A stretch of DNA of 64,000 bases from a virus. Its lineage: Duplodnaviria; Caudoviricetes. The stretch lies in the IMG/VR virus record IMGVR_UViG_3300018405_000014, positions 32,001 to 96,000 of that record; one strand, 5' to 3'. Within the stretch, counting starts at the first letter, position 1. Each line of letters begins with the position of its first letter. The position numbers and the translations under genes are program-made. Shown in pieces: positions 9,536 through 19,030 of the stretch. The notes beneath the pieces were generated by a model, which made no database searches, was not told where the DNA came from, and saw only the letters and a list, made by a program, of their open reading frames with translations.

Positions 9536-9769
9536 TTAAATCAGTTGTTCGAGTAAGTGTCTGTGAAACTGCTCACGGTACGAGCGATCATCTCCTCCAG
9601 CCGCGGTGAGGCTGCGAATGAGACGCCCGTCGTCTAACCGGTAATACGGTTGTTTAAGGAACGTGGTCAGTGGCATGAATGTCATGGCTGACCGGGTTAC
9701 TGGGACCATCACCCCCGTCTCGGGGTGCGGCATGAAAAAACGGTACGTGTTAGGTACTGTGTCAGTCAT
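9536..9769 (-). CDS. Small hypothetical early protein
   Basis: AGGAG SD; directly downstream of early promoter copy. Confidence 0.65.
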   Translation of the reverse strand: MTDTVPNTYRFFMPHPETGVMVPVTRSAMTFMPLTTFLKQPYYRLDDGRLIRSLTAAGGDDRSYREQFHRHLLEQLI

Positions 9770-9802
9770 GGACCTGACTCCTGAGGGGATTGCTGGGGTA
9801 TA

Positions 9803-9838
9803 TCACCAGTACTATGTAGGGTTGAAAAAAGTTCGAAT
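9803..9838 (-). promoter_or_regulatory. Putative early (virion RNAP) promoter
   Basis: ATTCGA-N14-TACATAGT-ACTGGTGA; one of 7 copies with identical spacing. Confidence 0.7.
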
Positions 9839-9844
9839 CAAAAA

Positions 9845-10006
9845 ATAAAGGGATGATAGATCAGTTTATCAGGCACAGGCCTAACGACTGATCTATCAGA
9901 ATTTCGGTGAGACGGCATAATGGGTAGTCAGGGGCGATGGCCATTGCCGATCGCTCGCCTGATCCTACCCCGGAGGCACTGTGGTACCTATCCTCCCTAT
10001 AGCATA
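9845..10006 (-). ncRNA. Candidate structured small RNA (~160 nt)
   Basis: No ORF; three hairpins including a 12-bp perfect stem (9854-9865/9887-9898); upstream AAAATAAC-N11-TATG, downstream U-tract. Confidence 0.45.
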
Positions 10007-10025
10007 CTGCCGACCTAGTTATTTT
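10003..10025 (-). promoter_or_regulatory. Putative non-virion RNAP (middle/late) promoter
   Basis: AAAATAAC-N11-TATG, same architecture as 44276-44298. Confidence 0.45.
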
Positions 10026-10087
10026 TTACTATTTTGACTGAACTGACTTCGAAGGCACAACGAATTCTAACAAGAGAAGTGACCACT

Positions 10088-10123
10088 TCACCTAGGTGAT
10101 GTAGGGCTGACTTTAATTCGAAT
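10088..10123 (-). promoter_or_regulatory. Putative early promoter
   Basis: ATTCGA-N14-TACATCAC-CTAGGTGA. Confidence 0.7.
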
Positions 10124-10161
10124 CGAATCGGCATGGGGAGGCAGTGCCTCCCTCGTTATGT

Positions 10162-10434
10162 TCAGAACCCGTTCATCTTGGTCCATTCACGATCTGTCCA
10201 CTTGGGCGTATCAGGCGATACTGCTACCAAGCTAGACCGTTCAGCGATCCATTTGTACTTCGTGACCCCATCGTAGTCACCCGACTTGCAGAACATCTCG
10301 AACGCATCTGCAGGAGTGTACTCGTAGTCGTTCTTATACCACTCTCGCTTCTCCAGATACAACTCATCACCATCAATCACCTTGATGATAAAGGGGGTCT
10401 TCTGTAAATCCTCGAAGTAGATCGCTTGTTTCAT
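10162..10434 (-). CDS. Hypothetical protein
   Basis: 90-aa ORF, AGGA SD, followed by hairpin 10136-10153. Confidence 0.7.
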   Translation of the reverse strand: MKQAIYFEDLQKTPFIIKVIDGDELYLEKREWYKNDYEYTPADAFEMFCKSGDYDGVTKYKWIAERSSLVAVSPDTPKWTDREWTKMNGF

Positions 10435-10647
10435 TGTTATTGTCCTATCGTGATGACCATTACCAATTAACTAAGTTGACCGCCGATCCCACCCCAACAC
10501 CTTGTCCCTCATCGTCGTCGGACTGCGCTTAGGGACACCAGAGCCATTACCCCGGTCACACCAATATACAGGTTTAGTGTTTATTCACGCCCGACCTTAA
10601 CAAATAGTGTGAAAGATCTTTCTATTGACTTACTTCGGTGACTTACA

Positions 10648-11277
10648 ATGCTACTCAATATGGTTATGGCGGCACATCAAGGGCGTCTTCGTTGGGGTCG
10701 GAGACCCACTCCCAATGGTCAGGTACTGTTCGATACACCGGGCACATTTCAATGGACGTGTCCTGAAGGGGTCACCAAAGTATGCATTGCCATGGTTGGC
10801 CATGGCGGCACTGCCAATAGAGATCCGTCGTACGTAGGCGGTGGCGCCAACATCCGTTATATAAACGACATCGACGTAGTCCCTGGACAGGTATACGGCA
10901 TCGTTGTAGCAAGACCTCATCCACATTTCGCAGGTAACGCCAACAATAACTGCGGTGCGCTAGGTTATAGCTGTACATCTCCGCTTAAAGGTGTCGTACA
11001 AGGCTGGAATGGAGGCGAGAGTAGAGTAAGTATCGCTCAGAACGCGAATCGATTTGGTAATAGCGCAGGCAACCTGGGAACTCACGGACATGGTATAGAT
11101 CTCCGTACGTTTAATACAGTCCCTCCTAACAGTGCTACATTCTCTGGTGGTAACTATGGCGCGGGTGCTGGTGTGAGTAATCAGTGGCGAATGACAGGCG
11201 CGGCTGGAAGGTCAGCACTCCGCATCATCTGGGGTGAGGATCGTACCTTCCCAGACAAAAACATCGGTGATCTATAA
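10648..11277 (+). CDS. Glycine-rich tail fibre/tip accessory protein
   Basis: FDTPGTFQWTCPEGVTKVCIAMVGHGG and C-terminal LRIIWG motifs of phage glycine-rich domains. Confidence 0.7.
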   Translation: MLLNMVMAAHQGRLRWGRRPTPNGQVLFDTPGTFQWTCPEGVTKVCIAMVGHGGTANRDPSYVGGGANIRYINDIDVVPGQVYGIVVARPHPHFAGNANNNCGALGYSCTSPLKGVVQGWNGGESRVSIAQNANRFGNSAGNLGTHGHGIDLRTFNTVPPNSATFSGGNYGAGAGVSNQWRMTGAAGRSALRIIWGEDRTFPDKNIGDL

Positions 11278-11708
11278 TGAACCCACTGTTAATCGCAGCT
11301 GCACACCAACGCTCAAAGGGTAGTGGTTTCAACCCCGCTGCCTATCGCTACGCCGGGACTGTCGTAATCGGTCATATTTCAGCGGGTGGGGCTGAGTATG
11401 GTTACTACAAACCCACCAACATTGGCTCAATCACCCCAAGTACCCTAGACACCCGCGCCATCACTCGCGCCACTTGGAAAGACAAACGATTCCAGGCGCC
11501 TGCTAGCCGCGAACTGGTCTTAACACTCAATGGCACCCAACGCCCCAACATTACCAAGCTCGCCTTGGTCAAAGACGGTCAGTTGGTAGTCGAACTCACC
11601 ACACCGTCCCGCGAAGGTACCTACGGCACCCCAGAGTACAACTTGATCTATCTCACGGGTGACGCTGAGATGCCTATCAGTGGGACAGTACAGCTCTATA
11701 TTGAATGA
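11277..11708 (+). CDS. Putative tail tip/fibre accessory protein
   Basis: TAATG coupling; N-terminal AAHQ tag shared with upstream gene; YGY...IGSITP beta-rich motif. Confidence 0.6.
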   Translation: MNPLLIAAAHQRSKGSGFNPAAYRYAGTVVIGHISAGGAEYGYYKPTNIGSITPSTLDTRAITRATWKDKRFQAPASRELVLTLNGTQRPNITKLALVKDGQLVVELTTPSREGTYGTPEYNLIYLTGDAEMPISGTVQLYIE

Positions 11709-11714
11709 CATCCG

Positions 11715-11751
11715 TCATAACAGGGGAGCCAGTGGCTCCCCCTTATGACGT
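11715..11751. terminator. Hairpin terminator
   Basis: gtcataa-c-aggggagcca-g-tggctcccct-tatgac. Confidence 0.7.
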
Positions 11752-12006
11752 CGCGATTGAGACACTACCCCATGCATGGATGGGTAAATACCCATTTGTT
11801 CAGGGGATGACATACCGTAGATCGTGCATGGTTCGATCAAGTTCACAGAAAAGATCATAAGAAGTCGTCGCTCCGCTCCTCCGCTAGCGCATTGCTTCCG
11901 TACCCTCCAGCAATGCTTTTTATAGCATTCTGAATTTATTCAGAGAATAGACCGCCAAGGTAATTAATTACCAAATCGTATGTATTAGTCCATCTTTAGG
12001 TAAACC

Positions 12007-12454
12007 ATGAAAACAGCAATGATGGCAGCATCTGGACGTCGTTTAGGTGACTGGAGACGACACGTAAAGATCGATCTCTGGCGACTTCACCATGGAGACG
12101 TTTATCAACTTTGATAGCCTCTCCAATAACAACCAGTACATCTTCGACCTGAACAACAACAGCATGACGTTACGGTACTATGGCACAAACGGAATTCAGT
12201 TCGCTCATTCTGGTTCGCTGGCATCTCAGTTCATTCCCACTGTAGGTGTATGGTACCACATCGCCTTAGTCAGAAAGAACGGTGTTGTTACGGGTCCTCT
12301 TGGATCAAGTATCCCAGATACGTTACTCTACATGAAGATGATGGTGGGTAACTACGGTGGTGGCGGTGGTTATAACGTAGCAGGTCGTTTGTATGGCTTC
12401 AAGCTGTCACTCAGGGCAGTTTATGACGGTAACTTTGTACGTCCTACTTACTGA
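12007..12454 (+). pseudogene. Frameshifted LamG/concanavalin-like tail protein
   Basis: ATG 12007 gives MKTAMMAASG (tag like neighbours) but is out of frame with SGDFTMETF...GVWYHIALVRKNG...FKLSLRAVYDGNF (LamG motifs). Confidence 0.6.
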
Positions 12455-12474
12455 CTGTGATTTAACCGAGGAGA

Positions 12475-12508
12475 CATAGGAGGAGGCCCTAGGGCCTCCT
12501 CCATATGC
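12475..12508. terminator. Hairpin between convergent genes
   Basis: cata-ggaggaggccc-ta-gggcctcctcc-atatg. Confidence 0.75.
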
Positions 12509-12509
12509 G

Positions 12510-15392
12510 TTACACCTTAGGTGCGTCAGAGATATCCAAATCCTCTTCCTCTCCCTCGGCAGGTTCCTCTCCTTCAGCCTGTTCTTCCTCAGGAAGCTCC
12601 TCGTCCAGTCCTTCGTCGTCCGGATCTTCCCCTTCAGCAGGTTCGTCTAGGTCAAAACTCCCCTCCTCATCACCTAGGCCGTCATCCCCTCCTTCGGCAT
12701 CAAAGCTTTCCTCGCCGCCGGCGTCATCCCCACCGCCGAACTCACTACCACCGGCCTCATCCTTAATCTCTTGCAGTTCCTGTTTACGGTCTGCCAGATC
12801 TTTCAGGATTTTAGCCCGCTTCGTGGCCGCGGTCAGCAACTCTTTGACGTAGTCGGCGATCGAGCCATTGAGTCCATCCAGATGGTTGCTTGCCGTCTCC
12901 AGTAGGTTGAAGGCTGGAGAGCCATCTTCCTCGTCGACTGTAGTGAAGATATCCACTTCCGGCATGATGTTGCGCTTACGCAGCCAGCGACGCTGGAATT
13001 CGGCTTTGACCACGGCGGTAATGGTTGGGATCATTTCCTCCATGCCAATGGCGGTATCGGATGCAAACATCTCTTCACTGATGTACGCCGCGATGACCTT
13101 GTCCAGTGCCTCACTGTACGCATCGTAGCCCTGCATGGATTTGCTGACATCACCCACTTCAGGCGCTGGCAGGTTAGCATGTAGCGACTCGACGAATTCA
13201 AAGATGAACTGGTCAATCAGCTCTTCTTCAGACAACTTCTGTTCGCCCGTGTTGTCCAAGAACTTCTTGTTCTCGGTTACGAACTCACGCATCTCAGCCA
13301 GGAAGATCCCGGAGTTGAGCAAGTAGCTACGGATGAAGTCTGTCAAGAACGGATCGAACTTGTCCTGGTTCTGGATCACGCGCTTAAGCAGCATCAGGTT
13401 GTTCTGAACTACCGTGGTCGCAAAGTCCGTTGAGTTGATACCCTCCATGATCTCAGGGCTCAGGCCGAACATCTGGATGTGTCGACGGCGGTACATCTCT
13501 TCCATCTCAGTGTCGATCGGGCGAGAGGTGCCTTCACGCTGACTGACGTCCAGTTTGGTCTCCGGGTAGCGGGTGTTTCCACTGACGACGACGTTCACCC
13601 CGTGATTTTGAATTTGATCCGCCAATCCTAGAGGGTGCGTCGAGCCTACGATGCGACTGAACCCCTGGCTGTTGACCTTGGCGTATTCAGAGAGCATGAA
13701 CTCTACTGTGCTGACCGGGTCTTCGTCCTGTGGGTCCAGGGTGATCTCCAGGGTCTTTCCGCCCACGGCGTTGTTGATCGTAGCCAGCGTGTTAGCCAAC
13801 ATGATCGCCGCACGAATCGAACCTAGAATCTTACCGTCTTCCAGCACTGTCTTACCTACACCGAACTCGTTGTAGTCAAACGCAATGTAGGTCATCATCT
13901 CCGCAGGGACAAACAAGATCATGGTCCGCTGACCCTTCAGGTGACGCGACAGCCAGATACGGTTGTGATTCTCAGTCTTGCCCAGTTCGTAGTTGCCAGA
14001 CAATGCCCCAGAACGTAGGCGGCTCAGTAGATCACCCTCGATCACCTCCCCGTGAATGCGCCCCAGTTCGTCAATGATTTCGTTCTGAAAGCCGCCCATG
14101 CCTTCAAACCCACGACGGGCTTGCTGAATCATTTGGCTGGCGTAGCTGTCGACGTTGTTCATCTGAGCTTTGATGTCGTCGTAGTACGAGCTCTGATCGG
14201 CGACATCGATAGGGTTGCCATCGATATCCAGAAGAACGTAGTACCCGACATGCTCTGCTGGGTTACCGGGGACGTGGATCGGGATTACCGATTCAGACGG
14301 CAGGTGCATGACCAACGGATGACCGTAGGTTTCAACCCCCGTCTGCCGATGCGTCATCACTGGCTGTACCGGTACGTGGGTGTAACGGCGCTTATTGTAG
14401 AAGCTCCGTTCGATGGCAGACAAGGTTCGCTTGGCGCCCTGATCGCCCTGATCGGCACGGCTCTCAAGTGACGCCCTGGAGTGCAAACGCCCACCATAGA
14501 TACGTTTGACAGCCAACTTGCGACGGGTCTCCACGACCATCGGCCGTTTGAGGATGTTGAGGTTATCCAACACCTCGATAGTGGACCCCTTATCAGTAAT
14601 CGCCTTCTGCATCGTTTTGGACAATTCACTGAGCTTACTGCGCTGATCACGGTGCTCACTGTCTTCAGGAATCAGGTTCTCCAGCGAGACCTTGATACCG
14701 GTTACATTGACCTCATGGTTATACTGTTCACTGCGGTAGTTGATCGATTCGAACGAGACGCCCGAGTACGAGTCAACCTTTTCAGGATTGGTGGACCCTT
14801 GGCCCAGTACACCCCACGGTAGGTAACGTCCTTTGTTGTCGGTTTCCTGACGAATGTGGCCATCGAGCTGCCGCACCGCCGATTCCAGAGACACACCACT
14901 GTAGTTGTCTGCGTTGATAATGCGGTCAATGGAAGACTCGGGCAAAACCAAGATAGGATACGAACCCTTCTCAAACAGAACATCGTTGAGAATAGGTTGC
15001 AGCAGCGACGTAATCCTATAGGAGTCATCGAAGAATTCCTGGACCTTCCTCAGTAAGGGTCCGGTCAGGTTGGAATCCAGTTTCTGGTTTTTAATCGTGT
15101 ACAGCACCTTGACATCTGTCAGGTCACCTGGTGCCAGCGTAGCTGAAATCAGGATCTGACGCGCATAATCCATGTCCGGAAGGATCTGGAAAAGGTTGCG
15201 TGCATCGCGAATATTGCCAATCGTTGTGTTAGCCACATGCGCCAGCACACGGTTGTCTGGCAGACGCATATTTTGCCGGGGCGTCGCAGCGCCACGCGGG
15301 TCAGGCTGCATCTTGCTGAGTGCCGCTTTGGTTTCATTGTCAATGTCACGCGTTGACAAGAACCTGGGAAAGCGGCGTGTTTCGTCGGCCAT
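12510..15392 (-). CDS. Portal protein (phiKZ gp129-like) with acidic C-terminal tail
   Basis: ~960 aa from MADETRR (AAGGAG SD); LPSESVIPIHVPG, YIAFDYNEFGVGK motifs; divergent from gp128-like gene as in phiKZ; several SxE sites. Confidence 0.75.
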   Translation of the reverse strand: MADETRRFPRFLSTRDIDNETKAALSKMQPDPRGAATPRQNMRLPDNRVLAHVANTTIGNIRDARNLFQILPDMDYARQILISATLAPGDLTDVKVLYTIKNQKLDSNLTGPLLRKVQEFFDDSYRITSLLQPILNDVLFEKGSYPILVLPESSIDRIINADNYSGVSLESAVRQLDGHIRQETDNKGRYLPWGVLGQGSTNPEKVDSYSGVSFESINYRSEQYNHEVNVTGIKVSLENLIPEDSEHRDQRSKLSELSKTMQKAITDKGSTIEVLDNLNILKRPMVVETRRKLAVKRIYGGRLHSRASLESRADQGDQGAKRTLSAIERSFYNKRRYTHVPVQPVMTHRQTGVETYGHPLVMHLPSESVIPIHVPGNPAEHVGYYVLLDIDGNPIDVADQSSYYDDIKAQMNNVDSYASQMIQQARRGFEGMGGFQNEIIDELGRIHGEVIEGDLLSRLRSGALSGNYELGKTENHNRIWLSRHLKGQRTMILFVPAEMMTYIAFDYNEFGVGKTVLEDGKILGSIRAAIMLANTLATINNAVGGKTLEITLDPQDEDPVSTVEFMLSEYAKVNSQGFSRIVGSTHPLGLADQIQNHGVNVVVSGNTRYPETKLDVSQREGTSRPIDTEMEEMYRRRHIQMFGLSPEIMEGINSTDFATTVVQNNLMLLKRVIQNQDKFDPFLTDFIRSYLLNSGIFLAEMREFVTENKKFLDNTGEQKLSEEELIDQFIFEFVESLHANLPAPEVGDVSKSMQGYDAYSEALDKVIAAYISEEMFASDTAIGMEEMIPTITAVVKAEFQRRWLRKRNIMPEVDIFTTVDEEDGSPAFNLLETASNHLDGLNGSIADYVKELLTAATKRAKILKDLADRKQELQEIKDEAGGSEFGGGDDAGGEESFDAEGGDDGLGDEEGSFDLDEPAEGEDPDDEGLDEELPEEEQAEGEEPAEGEEEDLDISDAPKV

Positions 15393-15419
15393 CTCACTAC
15401 TCCTTTTGGATCTTAAACG

Positions 15420-17609
15420 ATGAGTACTCTGTATCAGATTTATCACGAGTCGGTGATTCGACTGGCAGCAACTTTGGTGGTCAAGGACGAAGCAACCTGC
15501 ACCATCATCAACCAGCGCCTAGCCCTTCTGGGTCATGAGGTGTTGGAGGACCGTCCTGAGACATGGAAGTATTACCTGAACCTTGCAGGTCAGTACCATC
15601 CGTCGGACACAGTGATGACAGTGGTGTCCATGGACACCCATGAGAACATCGAATTCACCAAGGAAAACATGACATTGCACCGTGCCACCTGGCGCGAATA
15701 TCAGTACGGGTCTCGTTACTATAAAGAATTGTTGGCGCGCTACCCCGCTCAAGATGCACTGATCCACGGGATTTTAAACCCGGTGGACCTGAGCACAGCA
15801 ATAACTGCGCCGGATCATAGTATTCTGTATCATGACGCCGCTGAAGTTGAAGCACGCGAAGTCAACCTTATTGCCGAGTTGCAGAACTGGATCAATGCTC
15901 AGTTTGTTCGTTGGGCAAATGACGACTACCGTATCAACAACGCGTATTTTGTCACGGCTCGCCTGGGTGTCCTGTTTATGGCCATGCCGGAAGCGATCAA
16001 ATCCATCCGATCGGCCAATGCACGAACCAACCGCGTCCACAGTTACCACATCCGTCGGTACCTTGCCAGTTTTGGTCCGCTGGATAAGTACTACGACTCG
16101 ATGAATGAGTTCCAGCGCCTGTACTTCTACCGGAACATCCGCTATATCCTGAACAACAATGGCAAGGACGAAATGTTCCAGGAGCTGGTTGGTAAGGTCA
16201 TGACCGAACGAAAGTTCCCACTGGCCGAATACGTCATGCAGCAAAATGACACCAGGCTACTGGAACAAATGGACCCCGAGATACAGTTCGAACGCATGAG
16301 TGTCAATGCCATCCCGTCGGCTTTGGGTGAAGACATCAAGACACCTCGGATGATGTTGAGTCTGCAGCGTACCTTGGCGCGCTCCAACGACGAAGAAAAC
16401 TTCTACGCCGAGCAATACGTGCCAGAGGCCATGAGCCGCAGCTTGACGTCGGAGGTGCGTACCAAGTCACTGGAATCCAACGTCCTTGACCTTAAGGAAT
16501 CGGAACCCTATACCCTGAGCGAGGTCCTGCTCAACCACTGGATCTATTTGGCTGACAGTGGCCAGTACCGTACAGTGTTGATCATGCAGTTGCCAGACGG
16601 TGGTGATGGCGTCAAGCTCAGCATGAAGGAAGCGTACCTGGTATACCAATACCTTTACTTCCGGCGCATGGGCATCGAGTTGACCGAGATCCCACGGATC
16701 ATGGCCAAACGAGTCCGTCGTCAGCCTCTACCGACGTTTGAGGAGCTGCGGTCCATCACGACCACGGCAGTGACCTCAGACGCATTTATCCATGAGGCAC
16801 TGCGAGACAACGAAAGCATCACGTCTTATGTTTCAGTGGATTCATTCCTGAGGCTAAGTCAGAACATTCAGCGTCGAATGCTGTTGCATCGAGACCTCTA
16901 TGTTTACCGGGAAGACCTGTTCCAGTACGGGGAGATAAAACTTCTCGTTGACCGGTTCTATGTTGACATGCCAGTGGACATGGACAACGGACAATATTAC
17001 GCTGATTGGCTCAGGGCCCGCAGCCTTGACTTTGAGAAGTACAGCCAGGCAGAACTCGATGAGATCATGCTGGGAATTCTGAATCAGGCCACCGGGTTGG
17101 AATTGCGTACCGCACAGACGGTCAAGGACATCCAGCGAGCCATGTTGGGGATCATGTCTCAGTTGTCAAGCTACAGTGTTCATTATATCCAGCAGATCAA
17201 CGATGAAGCCGTGATCATGTTGGATTGGCCTCATCTGCGCTGGCATAACCCAGGTGGTTGGGTTGGACATGACGTGCGGCTACCAGTGCCTCAGGCAACG
17301 CCTTTAGACTTTTATGGCGCGGCAAAGCTCAAAGGGGTAATCGACCTGTCCGGGATGACTATTCAGGACCTGTCCCGCAGTGCTGCCCATGAGTTTGGTC
17401 TGGACCTTGGGATTGACTTCAACCTCAGTGGTCTTAACCAGCACCTGGAAGGCGGACTGATGCTGAACTCACTGGTCACTGTTCTCGGTCAGCCGTCATT
17501 CGACCTCAGTCAACTGAACAACACCACGGTCATCATTCCTGCATTGGCAAACAAGCCGATTGCAGACCTTTTTAACAGGACTGTGTCCAATGACTTCGTC
17601 AATCCTTAA
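15420..17609 (+). CDS. Virion structural protein (phiKZ gp128-like, baseplate)
   Basis: TWKYYLNLAGQYH, LYFYRNIRYILNNNGK motifs; synteny with portal. Confidence 0.7.
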   Translation: MSTLYQIYHESVIRLAATLVVKDEATCTIINQRLALLGHEVLEDRPETWKYYLNLAGQYHPSDTVMTVVSMDTHENIEFTKENMTLHRATWREYQYGSRYYKELLARYPAQDALIHGILNPVDLSTAITAPDHSILYHDAAEVEAREVNLIAELQNWINAQFVRWANDDYRINNAYFVTARLGVLFMAMPEAIKSIRSANARTNRVHSYHIRRYLASFGPLDKYYDSMNEFQRLYFYRNIRYILNNNGKDEMFQELVGKVMTERKFPLAEYVMQQNDTRLLEQMDPEIQFERMSVNAIPSALGEDIKTPRMMLSLQRTLARSNDEENFYAEQYVPEAMSRSLTSEVRTKSLESNVLDLKESEPYTLSEVLLNHWIYLADSGQYRTVLIMQLPDGGDGVKLSMKEAYLVYQYLYFRRMGIELTEIPRIMAKRVRRQPLPTFEELRSITTTAVTSDAFIHEALRDNESITSYVSVDSFLRLSQNIQRRMLLHRDLYVYREDLFQYGEIKLLVDRFYVDMPVDMDNGQYYADWLRARSLDFEKYSQAELDEIMLGILNQATGLELRTAQTVKDIQRAMLGIMSQLSSYSVHYIQQINDEAVIMLDWPHLRWHNPGGWVGHDVRLPVPQATPLDFYGAAKLKGVIDLSGMTIQDLSRSAAHEFGLDLGIDFNLSGLNQHLEGGLMLNSLVTVLGQPSFDLSQLNNTTVIIPALANKPIADLFNRTVSNDFVNP

Positions 17610-18576
17610 TGGCCCTAGTAACACCCAAGCTGCTCTCCAGGAAAACGACGAGCAGGCGTTTTATCGCCTGCTTCGCTCCATGGTGAAGGCAGGTGTTGAA
17701 GTAGAGGGGTTTGAACATTCTGTACCTGTCACTGACCCGACAAATCCCACTCAGGCGTTGATCGAGGTGGGCATTACTCCTGCTAAATCCATGATCGACT
17801 ACTGGGGGTATCAGGACAAGATCCAGTTGACATATCGTCGCATTCCCATGAGCGCCATGGTGCAGCGCTACGGTACTATCCTGCGTGCTGACCTGCCTGT
17901 TACTGTCAAGACGCTGATGCAGGGGTGGTTTGACCGTGCCGGGCTATACGACCGGTCAGAACAATTTGTCGAGCAATCCATTGCCACCTTCGGTCAACAC
18001 ATAATGACCATCAAAGACGGTCAGTTCCTGCTTTATGGAGGAGCCCCCTTTGAGGTCAAACCGCTACAGCGCCAGCTGATAGATGTCTTGCCAAATCGTA
18101 CGGTTACGGGTTTCCGGACCCCCACTGACTTTGACACCAACGTCAAGGCGGTCCTGCTGTCGCAGTTAACGGCTGCCAATCCCGACACCTTACCTTACCC
18201 CTTGGAAATTGACCGGATCACGTTGAGTCCAGTCGAGGTTATGGGTGGGTATGCACATGACAACAGCCGGATTCGGTTGACTGCCAGTAGTGAGGGGTAT
18301 TACCTCGGTGATCTGGATGTCATCTACAGTCGACTGGACTTTGGCTGGTACACCATGGGTGATCAGATCTACATGGAAGGCCCACCGCTGCCAACCCTCA
18401 ACTACATCCTGAATCAGGCCAGTACTCAGACAGGGTTTCCATTGTCCAGTGACGATGTCGTCGCCACTACCTTCTCCAAGTTGACAGTGGGTGACCTCGC
18501 CACCCTGACCATTGCCTTCAAGCCTCAGAACCTGCGGTATGTGGGCGAACTAACCATTGATTATCGAGCGGTGTAA
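17590..18576 (+). CDS. Virion structural protein
   Basis: Repeated YxRl motifs and C-terminal LRYVGELTI typical of phiKZ-like baseplate paralogues. Confidence 0.65.
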   Translation: MTSSILNGPSNTQAALQENDEQAFYRLLRSMVKAGVEVEGFEHSVPVTDPTNPTQALIEVGITPAKSMIDYWGYQDKIQLTYRRIPMSAMVQRYGTILRADLPVTVKTLMQGWFDRAGLYDRSEQFVEQSIATFGQHIMTIKDGQFLLYGGAPFEVKPLQRQLIDVLPNRTVTGFRTPTDFDTNVKAVLLSQLTAANPDTLPYPLEIDRITLSPVEVMGGYAHDNSRIRLTASSEGYYLGDLDVIYSRLDFGWYTMGDQIYMEGPPLPTLNYILNQASTQTGFPLSSDDVVATTFSKLTVGDLATLTIAFKPQNLRYVGELTIDYRAV

Positions 18577-18578
18577 CT

Positions 18579-19025
18579 GTGGCGAACTTTAGTCTTGAAC
18601 AACTCCTGCGTTTTACACCGTACGAGGCCGCACTGATCAGTTTCAATGAACAGCACGGCACACAACTCAACCCACGTTACGTGGAGCTGACAGAAGTCAT
18701 TGGTAGTGAAGGTCCGCAAGTCAGCCTGCGGTTGAAAGCGTCTTCCATAGCCCCCAACAGCGAAGAGAACCGCTTCACCAATCAAGCCCTGATTACCATC
18801 CAGCGCTTGGATATAGGTGCGCTATTCGCCGGGGCTGTTCGTATTCCGTACAGTGGCCGGATTGTCAGCTACGACGTCGGGCGCATCCTGACCCAACGCT
18901 CAGGGATAGTTTTTGATCCCAGTGACTTTATGGACCAGGTCCTGACGCCTGAGAGTAACATTCTGAAGGCTTCCCCTAAATCGCTTCGCTGGTACGGTCA
19001 ACTCACCGTCCTGCAACAACCCTAA
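18579..19025 (+). CDS. Virion structural protein
   Basis: GTG start; IQRLDIGALF and SLRWYGQLTV motifs, paralogous to upstream gene. Confidence 0.6.
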   Translation: MANFSLEQLLRFTPYEAALISFNEQHGTQLNPRYVELTEVIGSEGPQVSLRLKASSIAPNSEENRFTNQALITIQRLDIGALFAGAVRIPYSGRIVSYDVGRILTQRSGIVFDPSDFMDQVLTPESNILKASPKSLRWYGQLTVLQQP

Positions 19026-19030
19026 TAGAG

